64,000 bases of DNA from Octopus vulgaris (taxonomy: Eukaryota). The translations under genes were made by a program, and so were the position numbers. Under the pieces are notes generated by a model. That model saw only the letters and a list, made by a program, of their open reading frames with translations. It was not told where the DNA came from and did not search any database. Below are positions 1-13,135 of the stretch, one piece after another (position 1 is the first letter of the stretch; each line of letters starts with the position of its first letter). Location of the stretch: positions 110,918,001-110,982,000 of the forward strand of contig OX597815.1 in the NCBI GenBank assembly GCA_951406725.2. The letters run 5' to 3'.

Positions 1-11
1 TTCCTTTTTAA

Positions 12-70
12 ATGGCGGTGCCCCGGCATGGCCACAGCTCGTGAGCTGAAACTAGATAAAATAAAATAAA
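12..70 (+). mobile_element. 3' terminus of a CR1-type LINE or its partner SINE
   Basis: GGCGGTGCCCCGGCATGGCCACAGC...GCTGAAAC plus A-rich (TAAAA)n tail; matches the LINE 3' end at 17124-17192. Confidence 0.6.
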
Positions 71-1496
71 AAAAAATTGCAGCAATTAATATATGGCTCA
101 ACTTAATTAAAATAGCATGCTGAGACCATTATTCAAAACCATTTTCCTAATTTGCTAGTTAGTCATTGAGATTAAGTCACTCGGATATTTATCTTTCACT
201 AAACTCAAAGAAATAGGTTCTTCCACCATCCTCCATAGTTGCTGGTAGCAGGTAATTAAGACACTGAAGTTGCTGCAAATGAGCATCCTCAAAATCTCTG
301 ATAATTTCTCCTGACCATCCAGCATAGATAATAACACTAAAATGGCATCACAAGCATTAGTCTTTTTCTTCAGAGCCAGAAAATATTTGATCGGAAGGAG
401 AAACTACAAGTAGCCGTTCAATTTATACTCACAATAGAGTACTGTTCCCACATTTGAAATACTGCTGCTGCTATACAAGTAATTATCACAAACACCATTC
501 ACAAGAAAGTATTCTGATTGGCACGACCAGCATACTTCTGTCTTTTTGTTACATCCTTTCTAGAACGTCCTTTGCTCATCCGAATTAGCAAGTTGCATAC
601 CAGCACAACTCAGCCCCTCCATCAAATTACAACGTCATCTATCTTATGCATCCGTTACTCGGTTTCCTTTCCGTACTTCGTACTAAGCACTAATTAAAAT
701 CCTTCCCCAACTAGAACATCCATTTCTACAGTATTGATTTTCCATTCACATTTTCCTTGACAGTAAAGAAATTAAAAATCAGTCAGAATGTCATCAACCT
801 AGAATGACTTACAAAAGTCATGGTCACAGCCCCTTTCTTCTGACAAATCAATAAAAATGACAACGTTACTATTGAATTAAAATTACGTAATTTATTTCAA
901 CCTGCAAGTAATAATATATTTTCAGAATTTTATCTGAGAAAGAAACCACATTATTGTGACATATTCTTTCTATTTACTTTTATTAATGTTTGAAAGCTCT
1001 TTTATGAATTTTTAAAGGATATTGAATGATGATTTATATCATAAAACGCATTTTAAATGTGTCGAAGTGTATTATTTAAGACTTTTAAAAGAAAATAGCA
1101 TTAGAAATATGAGATTCCAGTGAGGCTCTAACAACACTTATTCATTGAAGTGTTGATGCATTTATTATTACACTACATTCCCTTTAACATTTCGATCTAT
1201 TCTTGAAAATTTAATCATATGTTTACATTTCAAACGTAGCTTAGCCAGCTCTACTAAATATAGTAAGAAACTTTAATAAATAAGTAAAATATCTTGAACA
1301 CCTATTGTCAAAGGTTTTCTCGATCAGTGTTAGACAAAGGCAAGTAAAAGAATGTGTGTATATATATATATATATATAATATATATAATTTTATCGAAAG
1401 TTAAAGAAGTGATTTTAAATTCTCAAACGCAGGATAATGCTAATAATATATTGCTTGAACTGGATGAACTACCCCTATTTTGCAGAAAAAAAGTGT

Positions 1497-1575
1497 TGGC
1501 GGCCGGCTATGAGACTCGAACTCACACATCAATAATTACGCGGCGCGTGCTCTGAACCAATTAAGCTAAACCACA
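1497..1575 (-). pseudogene. tRNA-like sequence in left arm (Thr(CGT)-like, degenerate)
   Basis: Minus strand: A-box TAGCTTAATTGG, B-box GTTCGAGTC, ends CGCCA followed by a T-run. Confidence 0.55.
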
Positions 1576-1764
1576 CGTACAACAAATTCTCCTGCAAATT
1601 TAAGACGCTATCCAAATTTATGAGACGCTATCCAACGTTAAATTCAAATTACGATGAACGTAAACAAACAAAAGTCAGCTTTAGAAGTGTTGAGATGTCT
1701 TAGAAGGTTAAAGAAGTGACCTTGAAATCGAAATATATGAAGTGTGTGTGTGTGTGTGTGTGTG

Positions 1765-1854
<90 letters not shown>

Positions 1855-2049
1855 GATATGGAATCTTTTGGGCTTTTACCTAAAATCTTCACAGTGCAAG
1901 TGACTTCTTTAACCTTCTAAGACATCTCTACGCTTCTAAAGCAGACTTTTGTTTGTTTACATTCATCGTAATTTGAGTTTAACGTATGATAGCGTCTCAC
2001 AAAGCGAGATTTCTATCTATCTTAAATTTGCGGAAGCCTTTGTGGTGTG

Positions 2050-2129
2050 GGCGGTTTAGCTTAACTGGTTCAGAGCACCGCGACGCGTAATCAGGGAGGT
2101 GTGAGTTCGCGTCTCATAGCCGGCCGCCA
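2050..2129 (+). pseudogene. tRNA-like sequence in right arm with Pol III terminator
   Basis: GGCGGTTTAGCTTAACTGGTTCAGAGC...CGTAATCAGGGAGGTGTGAGTTCGCGTCTCAT...CGCCA, then T-run at 2134-2142. Confidence 0.55.
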
Positions 2130-2514
2130 ACACTTTTTTTTTCTACAAAATAGGGGTAGCTCATCTTGTTCAAGCTATATTATTAGCATTATCCTGCGTT
2201 TGAGAATTTAAAATCACTTCTTCAACTTTCTAAGACATCTCAACGCTTCTAAAGTAAACTTCGTTTGTTTGTTGACGTCCATCGTAATTTGAATTTATAT
2301 AATGTTATACATTAAGAACTGTGTAAAATGCCTAGTTTAGGAAAGCTGAAACATTTTAACAATGCCAAAATTCTAATGTAAATTATTTGAAACATTTACA
2401 GATTTGAGATTTCTCAGATCATTGCGATTTTAAGTCAGAAAGACGATTATGCATTATTGTTTTAGCTGACAAAAACGTATAGATTGCTTTTATAATTACC
2501 GGAGTTACAATACC

Positions 2515-3843
2515 TGTTATCAGGTCAGTTGTAGTGGCCTGCATCATTGCAGCACATTGGCTGCAGTCACTGTCTGTTGGTATATTCCAGGTCCTCCCTG
2601 ATGACTCGTCGAGTAGTGTCCAAGTTTGTCACATCTCTGCGTGATACCACCTCATCTGTCTGCGTGACCATGTGGCATGTCATCGACTAACACGAACCGT
2701 CAACCCAACCTGATAGTCAGTGAAGGGAACACGGTAAGCAGGATCTAACTCGGAAAATTTAGCATCTCTGCCAAACAGACTTTCACGATCCCGAATCATA
2801 CAAATAATAGGACGCATCGCAAATGTTCAGTAGAGTCATTGGTTGGATCCGAAATCCGACCATTTGTGACTCTTAATCTTGGGAGACGTCCTGGTAACAA
2901 AGGAGATCAAACAGCTCCAAAGGGATCCGCGCAGTCTCCGTGTCTCATGACTATAGAGCAGGACAAGGAGGACCAGAGACTTAAAGACCCGAACCTTGTC
3001 CTCCTGCTCAATTATCAGCATTGCCAAACACCCTTGTCCAATGCGTTCACAACTGCTCCAGTTTGTCCAAGTCTTTTTAGGACTTCAGACTCGTAACTAA
3101 TGCCGCTATGAAACTCATTGCTGAGATGATTGTAATCAACAACGACGACATTTTCACCCGCAACAGAGACAGACGAAGTGGAGTCTTCCAAGAAGCCAAC
3201 GAAAGACTGGATCTCTGTCTTGACCCAAGAGACTCTAAGACTAAGTGTTTCTACTTCATTACTCGCGAAAGGAAAGCGCTTGTTATGACATCCAGAAACT
3301 CAGCAAGAATAATTCATCATCATCAAAATCAAGGTCTGCAATCCTAGTTTCACCAATGAGTGCACCACGTTCCCATCAATTCACCTAGTATACAATCCAT
3401 GCAGCAAGTATTGGGCGCTCCACCAATGCGTAGGGTCTCCTTGGAAAGGAAATGTTTCCTGATCCAATATTGGAAACCAATACACTCCGTAGCAGCCGAC
3501 AGCAGTGTGTCCCTGTAAGTTTCCCACAGTTCCACAGAATCAGACCAGGAATAAACTCCGTGCAGGACAGATCCAAGCTGTTGCAAATAAGCTTTGCTTA
3601 CACTATTGTTTTTGAGTCTGCCAAGATCTAGCCTGGACTGGTGACTTCCAGCCTTTTAGGCAGTCGCATTCTCGACTCAGTAACAACAAATCTGTGATCG
3701 GTGCTCAAGAAACTAGCATTCCGGAAAACCTATAGTTCTGTTGGAGTCTTCAGCAGTCATTTACAAGTACGTGGTCGATCTCCTTTGTTACACGGCAAGT
3801 ATTAGAATACCAAGTTCAACGATGCATCTTAGGAAGTTGGTAA
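2515..3843 (-). mobile_element. Degenerate RTE-clade LINE, 3' portion (internally deleted)
   Basis: Minus-strand peptides TWYSNTCRVTKEIDHVL and TDHRFVV (APE C-terminus), ETYRDTLLSAATECIG, KVRVFKSLVLLVLLYSHET (RTE C-terminal motif); many stops. Confidence 0.75.
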
Positions 3844-4677
3844 CACGCGTTGTGTGGGGATTCGCATGCCACAAAACAGACTCAACATATTCTCTGAGTG
3901 TCGTCAAAGGGGACCAAAACTGGTTGAGGTAGGATCTGTATTTTAACCTCGTAAATCCCCCACCAGTAACAACCTCTTATACAAATGCAAAAAATTCTCT
4001 CCTCTGGGAATATACTTCACCTGACCCTCAGGAAATATATGAAACAACTGTGCAAAACCGTTAGGATCCACACAGCCGAACGGTAACAAATCCTGGAGAA
4101 TAGAACGGGTGGAATAATTATGGCCTGAGTGGTGCAAAGTTGTCATCCACCAGGAATAGGAAATTTCAGTTCAACCTGAGGAGTCATATTGAAGTGGGTA
4201 CCTGAAATGTTCTCTTTCTGAGGGATGATTTGCTCTAATGTGTCTGGAGATGTGTCGGCTGGGGAGGAGCAACATTTCAACCCCAGTAGTTACATCCGAT
4301 ACTAATGGCTGGTATGCTGATAGGGTAGCAGTTGCAGTGGTCAACTGGGTAGACGTAAGAATTATATGAGCGAATTATGAGGGTGAGAACTCGACATTCT
4401 CTGGGTTTCATTCCCGTTGTTGCGGTGTATGCTCTGTCAAGAATAACAGGTCGGTGAGTGAGACATTCTACACTCAACTGTGCTGCGTCGTGGAGAGTGA
4501 TCTCAACAGGGACACGTCCTTGGTCACGGGCGATTTCAGTGTATTAACTGGAGTTCACGAAAGACGATACGAGAGCGTTTTCAGCTCTTTTCGTTCTGGT
4601 GCCCGGAACGAAAGTGGCGTGATGTTCCCGGACTTTGCCAAAAGTCATAGGCTTCTCATTGATGGCTCCTGGTACTA
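3844..4677 (+). mobile_element. Inverted 5' portion of the same RTE LINE (5'UTR plus APE N-half)
   Basis: IEVGT*NV at ~4190, then SETFYTQL...LVTGDF...GARNESG...FAKSHRLLIDGSWY ending at 4675. Confidence 0.7.
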
Positions 4678-4682
4678 ATAAC

Positions 4683-5359
4683 TGTTAATACTAGAATTTG
4701 ATATTTTATTTTAAATCAGAAGCGATATCAGATACCACGACTCTTTACACGGTCTGCAAGACTGATGGGAAGGAGAGGAAAGATATCTTGAAACCGAAAA
4801 CCTGGGCCGTCAGATTAGACTCTGCCAAAGGCATCCAGAGTGACGGTGGAACTTGAAAGCAAGGAAAGGGAATAAACACCAGCCTGTTGCCTTAGGTTTT
4901 TACTTTATATTGACCACTGGTAGGATATGGTCCCAAAACACATTAGGTACACAGAACATATTACCGAATCTTTCCATCATTTTTGCAAGACGGTAAAATA
5001 GGAAGGAATACCTACCACGTTTCGTGGTTTGCACCCGAACAGCTCCTTTATAGGATCCAGTGGCTAAAGACATCACCAGGAGAAACCACGTCCGGTTTCG
5101 GACCCTACTCCTCTACTGTATTCGACGTAGCGCCCCCACTTTCGGAGGTGTCTTCAGCTCTGGTGTTGAATGCATTTCTCCTTTTGTCTTCTGTTCCCTG
5201 TCCTCAACGAGTGTCAGCGGGTGACTGACCATCCTGCCACATTTCCCTTTAAATACTCGCTGGTAGGCTCCAGTGGGACATTTATCTGTATACCTAAGTC
5301 TAGTTATTATGAATAGATTGCAATTAATCTTCCTCAAGTAGTAGCTGGTTATCTAAAAC
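4683..5359. mobile_element. Possible solo LTR or unclassified interspersed repeat
   Basis: TGT...ACA-bounded, higher-GC block; no target-site duplication seen. Confidence 0.25.
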
Positions 5360-5503
5360 ATGGATAACTATTCAGAATAAACTAATACTGAATACATTAT
5401 GTCAGAAATGAAGTTTATTAGGTCACGAATAAAATACGGTTAGAAATGTAAATTCTCAAGAATATTAAGTATTTCTGTGTAATAAGAATGAATTAATAAT
5501 CCT

Positions 5504-5700
5504 GTTTACTATAGGCACGCGGTCTGAAATTTTGTAGCTGGAGGCAAGTCGATTGCATTACCCCAGTATTTCACTAACAGAGAGTTTATCGACTCGATAA
5601 GACTGAAAGGCTAGGTCGACTTTGGTCGAATTTAAACTTAGAACGAAATGCCGCTGAGCATTTTGTCCGCGTACTAATAATTCTGTCAGCTTGCTCCTTA
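5504..5700 (-). mobile_element. tRNA-headed Nin/Deu-domain SINE, diverged copy
   Basis: Reverse complement matches the family seen at 46232-46444. Confidence 0.75.
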
Positions 5701-6089
5701 GAATTCATTAACAACGCTGTCACGGAGCTACACTTGCTAAAAATGGCACGAAGTGGATAGTAATAGTGTCTAAGAAAGTCTTGAAAATATCGGCATAAGT
5801 ACTAACGATTTATGTCTTACCAAAATTACGAATCCATAGAAATTTACAGAAAAGTTAAAACTGACATCAATAAATGTACATAGAGAAATCAATAAATGTA
5901 GCGGTAGGTATTTACCATTATTAGTGTTCTTCACAGTTTCAAAGTCTGTATAGAATGAATTAAAATTTAAGTACTTCACACACACACACGCACACGCGCG
6001 CTCATATACACACAAACATAAATGCACACATACACACACACAAAATACTTTGTAAGAGTGACACAAAAACTAAAATTACCAAGTACAAT

Positions 6090-7478
6090 ATTAACTGCAA
6101 TAGGACCTAGACACCTACCTGAAAAACTCTGAGGATTGGATGTTAAAACTTGTCTCGAAACATGAAAACAAGAAAGCATCCTACTCAGTAACAAAACAGG
6201 CAAAAGTGAATTCCGAATACAACACATTCCGGAATTAGACATACTAGAAACAAGCGCAGAAAAAGCTAAGCGCAGAAAAAGCTAAGCGCATGAAAACACG
6301 TGCTAAAACTTAGGTATTCCGACTAATAATTGCTAAGAAAATCCTCTCAATGGTAAATACCCAAAGAGAGCGAATAATGCAGATGTTGACAAATCCCTTA
6401 CCTATCAATGGTTAATGGCTTCTGGCTTAAAATCTGAAATAGAAGGGCTTATCATAGCAGCCCAAGATCAATAAACTAATACTGAATACATCATATCAGA
6501 AATGGAGTTAATTAGGTCACGAATAAAATACGGTTAGAAATGTAAATTCTTAAGAATATTAAGTATTTCTGTGTAATAAGAATGAATTAAAAATCCTGTT
6601 TACTATAGGCACGCGGTCTGAAATTTTGTAGCTGGAGGCAAGTCGATTGCATTACCCCAGTAAGAACTACCAGGAACTACCAGGCCAACATATTAAAGAA
6701 CGGCAGCTTCCCAACATGTAGTGTATGTCAACAACAAAATGAAATCATTGATCCTGTTGTCTCCATGTACAGTCTTCTTGCGCCTATAGAGTATCTCAAC
6801 ATGCATGATGGAGCTGCACAATATATTCACTGGGTAATTTGTAAATGCCTGGACTTGCCCCATAATAAAAACTGGTGGGAATACAAACCACCTCCAGTGT
6901 TTGAAAATGGTCACATCTCACTCCTCTGAAACATCACCATTCAAACTTACAGAAAGACAGATGCAAATAAACCAGACATTATATTGAAAGACTTCAGACA
7001 AAAATCATGCCTGCTTATTGCTATGAGTATCCCAATCGATATAAACGTATTTGTCAAGGCCTGCCAAAAACTGAACAAGTATAAAGATCTTGAAATAGAA
7101 ATTAGCAAAATGTGAAACCTGAAGACTAAAACAATACCTGTTGTCATAGGTGCCCTGGGAATGATAGCAAAAGGAGCTGATTGCTACTTAGCTTAGGTAT
7201 CAGGAAACCCCCAAAATAGCAGAAATTAAAAAGATAGTGCTCATGGGAACTCCCCAAATCCTACGCAAAATACTTTCTATGCAATCTCAAATTGTAAAAC
7301 AAGCACATAATTTTCTTATGGTTTCTTAAACATTCTCTAGAACAACACTACGTACAAAACTAAATATATGGCATCCTAGGCACAACACCAACATGAACTT
7401 CTAACTTGTTGTCTCTTGTGGTCTCTGGGTGAGACTTGGAGCCAACTTGTACAAATGTAAAGCAAAAGCTAGCATAAG
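6090..7478 (+). mobile_element. 5'-truncated R4/Dong-like (restriction-like endonuclease) non-LTR retrotransposon
   Basis: WLMASGLKSEIEGLIIAAQDQ, CCHC-like CSVCQQQNE, NKPDIILKD, KYKDLEIEI, IPVVIGALG; followed by (TAA)n at 7479-7553. Confidence 0.85.
6470..6662 (+). repeat. ~193-bp copy of 5376-5568 inserted in the R4 ORF
   Basis: Near-identical direct repeat that interrupts the ORF after AAQDQ. Confidence 0.9.
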
Positions 7479-7553
<75 letters not shown>

Positions 7554-7555
<2 letters not shown>

Positions 7556-7683
7556 TAGAAAAGCACTCGGAGAGCGCAGACCTCCGCCAAGCAGCTCATT
7601 TCCACCTATATACATGCATGCTGAAAATCGCCCAATTTCCCAAACCAACGTCGGCAAAAACATAACCTCCTTGGCTGGGGTAA
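7554..7683. mobile_element. Short HINE/Helentron-like non-autonomous element
   Basis: ACTAGAAAAGCACTCGGAGAGCGCAGACCTCCGCCAAG...CATAACCTCCTTGGC; subterminal inverted motif. Confidence 0.55.
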
Positions 7684-8174
7684 AAAAAATAACACAGCCA
7701 TATGATTAAAAAAAAACCTTTAAAAAAGAGGAATCATCTGAAGCAGTTATAATACACCGCTCCTGTCGTCATTATAACCAATGATGCTATTTTATACTCC
7801 TCCATACTTATCTCGACTATCGTCATCATCAACACTATCTGCTTTCACCACTATCACCGTCAAAACTACGATCACCACAATCAGTTTGTTTACACAGTCG
7901 AAAATCCATTATCCGATAATCATGAAACCGAGATTGTTGCAGATTTTTGATTTTTCTAATTTCGGAGTTTTTTGTAAAAAAAAAAAAATATTGCATCTAC
8001 AAAACGGAACAGTTTGATGATAGAAACCAGGTCTAAACACAATAGCTTATAGACATACTCTGAATGAAGTTTTATATAAATCTTTGATAATTTTTTTTTA
8101 TACTCATGGCCATCAGAAATGTTAAGATATCAGCCTCAACCCACGTTGTCATGCTTTGATTAATAGGTTACAGC

Positions 8175-8640
8175 ATAGATTAGATTACTTAGATAAGTTT
8201 CGGCTGAAGTTAACTCAGGCCATGTCTAATTTAATAGCATCACCTGGAAGAGATACACAGTCAGCTCTGGGGAACAGTAGGTAGCCCATTCAAGCAGAGG
8301 GTTATTGTTTTCAGAGACATATCTGGGTGAGGGTGGTTTATCTGGTATTTGTTGTGTGCAATCATCTAGGGATTGTTTGAATGCCGTGAAGTCACTTTCC
8401 TCCTTTATGTGTATCTGACACGATGTTGAAGCGAGCAGGGCCAATTGAGTTGAAATATTTCTGTCATAGTGTTGTGATACGACGCGAACATTTCTGTAGT
8501 GGACGGATTTCACGGGGGCCAAGCCTCGGACGAATTTTAAAGATGGTCAATGTTGATGGAATATTTTCCACAACATACAGAAGATAAAAAGCTCACAGCG
8601 GCGGTGGAGGGAGCAAAGCTTCAGCTTTTTGAGTCTATCC
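8175..8640 (-). mobile_element. CR1-like LINE 3' fragment
   Basis: FKQSLDDCTQQIPDKP...NNNPLLEW parallels the C-terminus of ORF 15095-17107; 3' CATGGCC...AGCCGAAAC tail. Confidence 0.7.
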
Positions 8641-8669
8641 CAATAGTCAAAGCTTGTCATGTCATCCTT

Positions 8670-9052
8670 CCAGACCTCCGCCAAGCAGTTAATTTTAAGA
8701 TAGATACACGAGTAAAATTACTAATAGAGAAACGAAAATAAACTTTGGAATCAGAAACTCCTCCATAGGTTACGTGGAAACGATGAATGTGTTTTCAAAG
8801 GAGATAATCAAAGCACGTAACATTGTGATACTTCATGTAAAGTAGATATAACAAAGGAAAAATCCTTCAAGAATCCATACAAATTCCTGAATCACTACCA
8901 AAATTTCATTATCTGTTATTTGTGTTATCACCAACTATTCCTACAAGTTTCATTAGATACCGTTAACAACTTTTTTGAGTTATTTTGCACACAGACAGAC
9001 AGATGGACAAACCAACACCGATGATAGCATAACCTCCTTCCTTGGCGGAGGT
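8670..9052. mobile_element. HINE/Helentron-like non-autonomous element
   Basis: ACCTCCGCCAAG and CTTGGCGGAGGT inverted motifs, (GACA)n, terminal hairpin ACCTCCTTCCTTGGCGGAGGT. Confidence 0.55.
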
Positions 9053-9068
9053 AATAATAATAATAATG

Positions 9069-9127
<59 letters not shown>

Positions 9128-12100
9128 TATAATAATGATAATAATAATAATAATAATCACGGTACAAATGTTATTCTGACTACCTGAAGACAGATCTTCC
9201 AGTTTTCCAAATTACACAAAATCAAGCTAAACAGACCTCTTCTGACTGCATGTTTCACAAATGACTTTCGAACGTCTGAAAGTTATTACAAATGTCTTCT
9301 TCAGACTAATAGAAAAACACACAATACAATGAATGCCTTCGACTGAAAAATCAAGCAACAAGAAGCACAGTGATATAAAAATACTCATATACTGCTACAG
9401 AATACGCAAGCTATCCCAAGGCACCAAGTTCAACACTACAACACTTACAAGCGCCATTATTAGACCATCCAATGCACTCAAATTCTGGTTTTCAACTCGT
9501 GCAGGTAACAATAACATCACAAATCTATCTGCATTTTATCATAAACAATCCCCTCTAACTTCAGCAAGCCAGCTACAACAATTCGATCCCGACATCACAT
9601 TCTGATCCACACACCTAACTACGGCACATCTCCAGGAAAATTCCACAACTCTCTTCGAACCGCCCAGTATGTAATTATTACTACAATCACGGAGACATAT
9701 ATTATATATAAAAAAAAAATAACAAAAAAACAAACTGTGAACGAGTCAAGACTTTGAAATAGTTTCTATGTAATTTTTCACAAATTGTTGAGAAAGCTAA
9801 AATGCCATTCTTTTAGAAGACAGAGTATTTGAACAGGTTTATGTTAATCTGCTGTTCTTGAGAAGGTATGCGTCCCTTCTCGTCTCAAAAAATTACAAAA
9901 CAGTATTAGCAAAGTAGTCCTATTGCAATTATATCATGAGACGTCTGAAAAAAAGTTTGTAGCTTTATCAATTATCTTTGTAAGAAGAAAAAATGTCAGA
10001 TAACAAAACTTAGAATTAGACTAACATGTTGAAAGGAAGATGTATGATATAAAGTTTAGCCAGAATCATTGAAAAATGCTACATAAATTGAGGAATGAAT
10101 CACACGGATAAAGAATTATCAGGAAAAAACATAAGAATTTCTACGAAATATACTTCTTCAAAAAAACAAAAAAGTGGATTACATGGGAAAATATCGTTTA
10201 GAAATATTTGAAGAGACAGAATTTTAAAAGTTATCCAGTGAAGAAAACAACTTTAAAGCATCTATATAGAAGTTAAACCAATACTTTCGAGCAAACAATG
10301 CAACAAGTCACATAGCTTAAAACTTACAACCATTCAATACTAAACAACATTGTCCAAACTATGGGTTTTTCATTTACTTTTCGAATTGCATAATAATCAA
10401 TGGTCTCTTCAATAATCAGTTCTGCCGATATTATTTTTCACTCCACCACTAGGTTTCGTGGATTGTAATTTCTTTTATTTGAAAATAGTGACACATATTT
10501 CTGGAGAAGATGCAAATCGGAAAACGTTTACGGTCTCCACATTATCGCATTTTGATACACTCACACAGTTTGATATTCCAGTTTTATATTGTACAAATAT
10601 TAATAGCTATCTGGATGATTATAGCGATTCAGCCACCCAAACTTGATTTTGGCTCTTCTGCATTACACCAGCGGTCAGAAATTCCTACAACCATCCATTT
10701 TCCATTTAACCAGAACTGTATAACAACACTGAGCCACAAGCACAATTTTTAGTATCCACTAACCAATTTCTTCATTTTGAATGCAATGTAAAGCCAACAG
10801 TTTATAGCAAGCATAAAAACAACGAGGATTTTCAAAATTTTCCTACCCTTTTAAAATTCTTGTTCGCAAATAGGCTAAATATTATTGGTGTATTTAATTT
10901 CTGAAGTAGTAAAACATAGACTCATTTTCGATACAATCAGAGTTCTTTAATTAAGATATAACAGTATTCTGCCATACGTTATCTAACTTCGAGTCATTTG
11001 GCTACAGTACATAGGGAAAGCAATGTTTCTAAAATAGTCACAAGTGAATATGTCTTGAGTCAAATCATATACACTAAGCAATCAATGCACAGAAAACATT
11101 TAGTTTAAGAAATCTCTCATTTACAATTTAATTTAACCTGGTGCAGGTCGCTCTGAATAATTTAGTCTTTCTGAACGAATCGTTCAATTTATATTCCTTT
11201 TTGTTATATTTCTTAACATCAGTATATCACCCGCTACAAATATTCCGCTACCACTAAGTACACTACTACTACTGTTCCATACTTCTATTACAACTTTAGT
11301 ATTGATTTGTGGCTGTAACAGCTAGAAATAAATATAAACATGTACCGTTAATAAGAACTGCCAGCACGTTTTCACTACACAGTAGTTAACAGTATTAAAG
11401 GTTCAACTCCGTAAAATAATCTCAAAAGTACTCACCAATACCCGGTTCTTATATGAAAACTTCTGCAGCCCTGACTGTTTTAAATCTAAATTACATAGTT
11501 CTTAAAACACGACTGGGGTGAAGAAGTTCGCTTTGCAGTTTTGTTGGAAGATTTCGATCTCATGTGTGCATGTGTGGCACCATCAAAAAGTGCATTCTCT
11601 CGATCTTGAGTAGAAAATACTTTGTGTTATATTTAGTGCGTGAAGTTTAACAATTAGGCCTTAATTATTCAAAGAAAAATATTAATTAGTAACTAAAGAA
11701 AGGATTTAATACTGTCTAACGGAGTAAAGTTATACACTACTACTAATGTATACTCGATTATCTCAATCAGGAGCTTACGAGTATGAGTAACATGCTGCTA
11801 ATTGTTTTTATAAATGCTAATTGGTGTTTATATAAAAGGATCAAATAGTTAAAAAGAGTAAATGTGAGAAAGAGTATGTGATAAAGAATAAGGAGTTGAT
11901 ACGCAGAACCTTAATTAAGCTCAAGAAGTTTTAAAGAAAATGCTAACTTTGCCGGAAAGCGAACACATAGTTCATTTTCTAAAATATAAACCGGTAAAGT
12001 TTTTAATGAAGCCAAATTACATGACTCAACTTATATTCAGCTATTTAAATTACTCATTCCGCATTTACCTTTGCGGCCAACCCGTTCATATAAGCAACAA

Positions 12101-12424
12101 CAACTATGCAAGCGGTCATTCAGGAAAGCCTGGATTTTAAGTGGGTCCAATGTTACCTAACATATTATATTACCAACATTATTGCCTAAATATACAGTCA
12201 AATGTAACAAATAAGTAAAGGTGTATTGATTCTTGATAATGACGCCAATGAAAATGTTTCCCAACACACATATATATTTAGCCTTGCTTAAAAGTTTTAC
12301 ATTAAAAGTCGCACTATGACTCGAGGCATTGCAATTTCCTGATGAACAGCGATTTTCAATACATTTAGTGTGCGCGGTTTACAGACAAATTCTTTCTTTT
12401 TATAGTATATCCGAACGAAATATT

Positions 12425-13135
12425 GGTTTGAAGTTTGGGCGCAAGGCCAGCAATTTCGAGAGAAGGATAAGTCGATTACATTGACTCCACTGATATTTAT
12501 TTTCTCGACCCCGAAAGAATGAAAGGTAAAATCAGCCTCGTTGGGATTAGAACTCAGAACATAAAAATGCATAAAATACCTATTTCTTTACTACCCACAA
12601 GAGGCTAAACACAGAGGGGACAAACAAGGACAGACAAACGGATTAAGTCGATTATATCGACTCCGGTGTGTAACTGGTACTTATTTAATCGAGCCCGAAA
12701 GGATGAAAGGCAAAGCCGACATCGGCGGATATTGGACTCAGAACGTAGCGGCAGACGAAATACCTAAATCATTACTACCCACAAAGGGTTAAACACAGAG
12801 AGGACAAACAAGGACAGACAAACGGATTAAGTCGATTATAACTGGTACTTATTTAATCGACCGTGAAAGGATGAAAGGCAAAGTTGACCTCGGCGGAATT
12901 TGAACTCAGAACGTAGCGGCAGACGAAATACTGCCAAGCATTTCGCCCGGCGTGCTAACGATTCTGCCAGTTCGCCGCTTTATTCAAACGAAATATTAGT
13001 TTCCTATTTTGGCACAAGGCAATCAATCTCGAGGAATGGTTGAAGTCGATTACATCAAATTCAGTCTCCAACTGGTACTTATTTTATCGACCCCGGAAGT
13101 ATAAAAACAAAGTCGACCTCGGTGGAATTTTCAAT
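12425..13135 (-). mobile_element. Cluster/tandem array of Nin/Deu-domain SINE copies
   Basis: Four repeats of the AAAGGATGAAAGGCAAAGTCGACCTCGGCGGAATTTGAACTCAGAAC-type core. Confidence 0.85.

Larger units (their letters stand above)
1396..2297. repeat. Head-to-head inverted repeat of a ~310-bp partially tandem unit around a (GT)(GATA)(GA) microsatellite
   Basis: Left arm 1396-1719 is the reverse complement of the right arm (1901-2297); each arm restarts its unit after ~307-313 bp. Confidence 0.85.

Noticed and set aside
4760-4815. CTGATGG...GAAAC hammerhead-like string
   Set aside because: Core mismatch and no stem I pairing
9184-9274. Possible minus-strand exon (tttcag...CAG/gtag, one open frame)
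   Set aside because: No recognisable protein motif or partner exons
10510-10752. HFPFNQNC resembling a Cys-loop receptor signature
   Set aside because: First Cys and spacing are absent and there is no supporting exon context
12575-12930. Repeat-spacer-like periodicity suggesting CRISPR
   Set aside because: Whole ~170-185-bp SINE units repeat, with no unique spacers, in eukaryotic context
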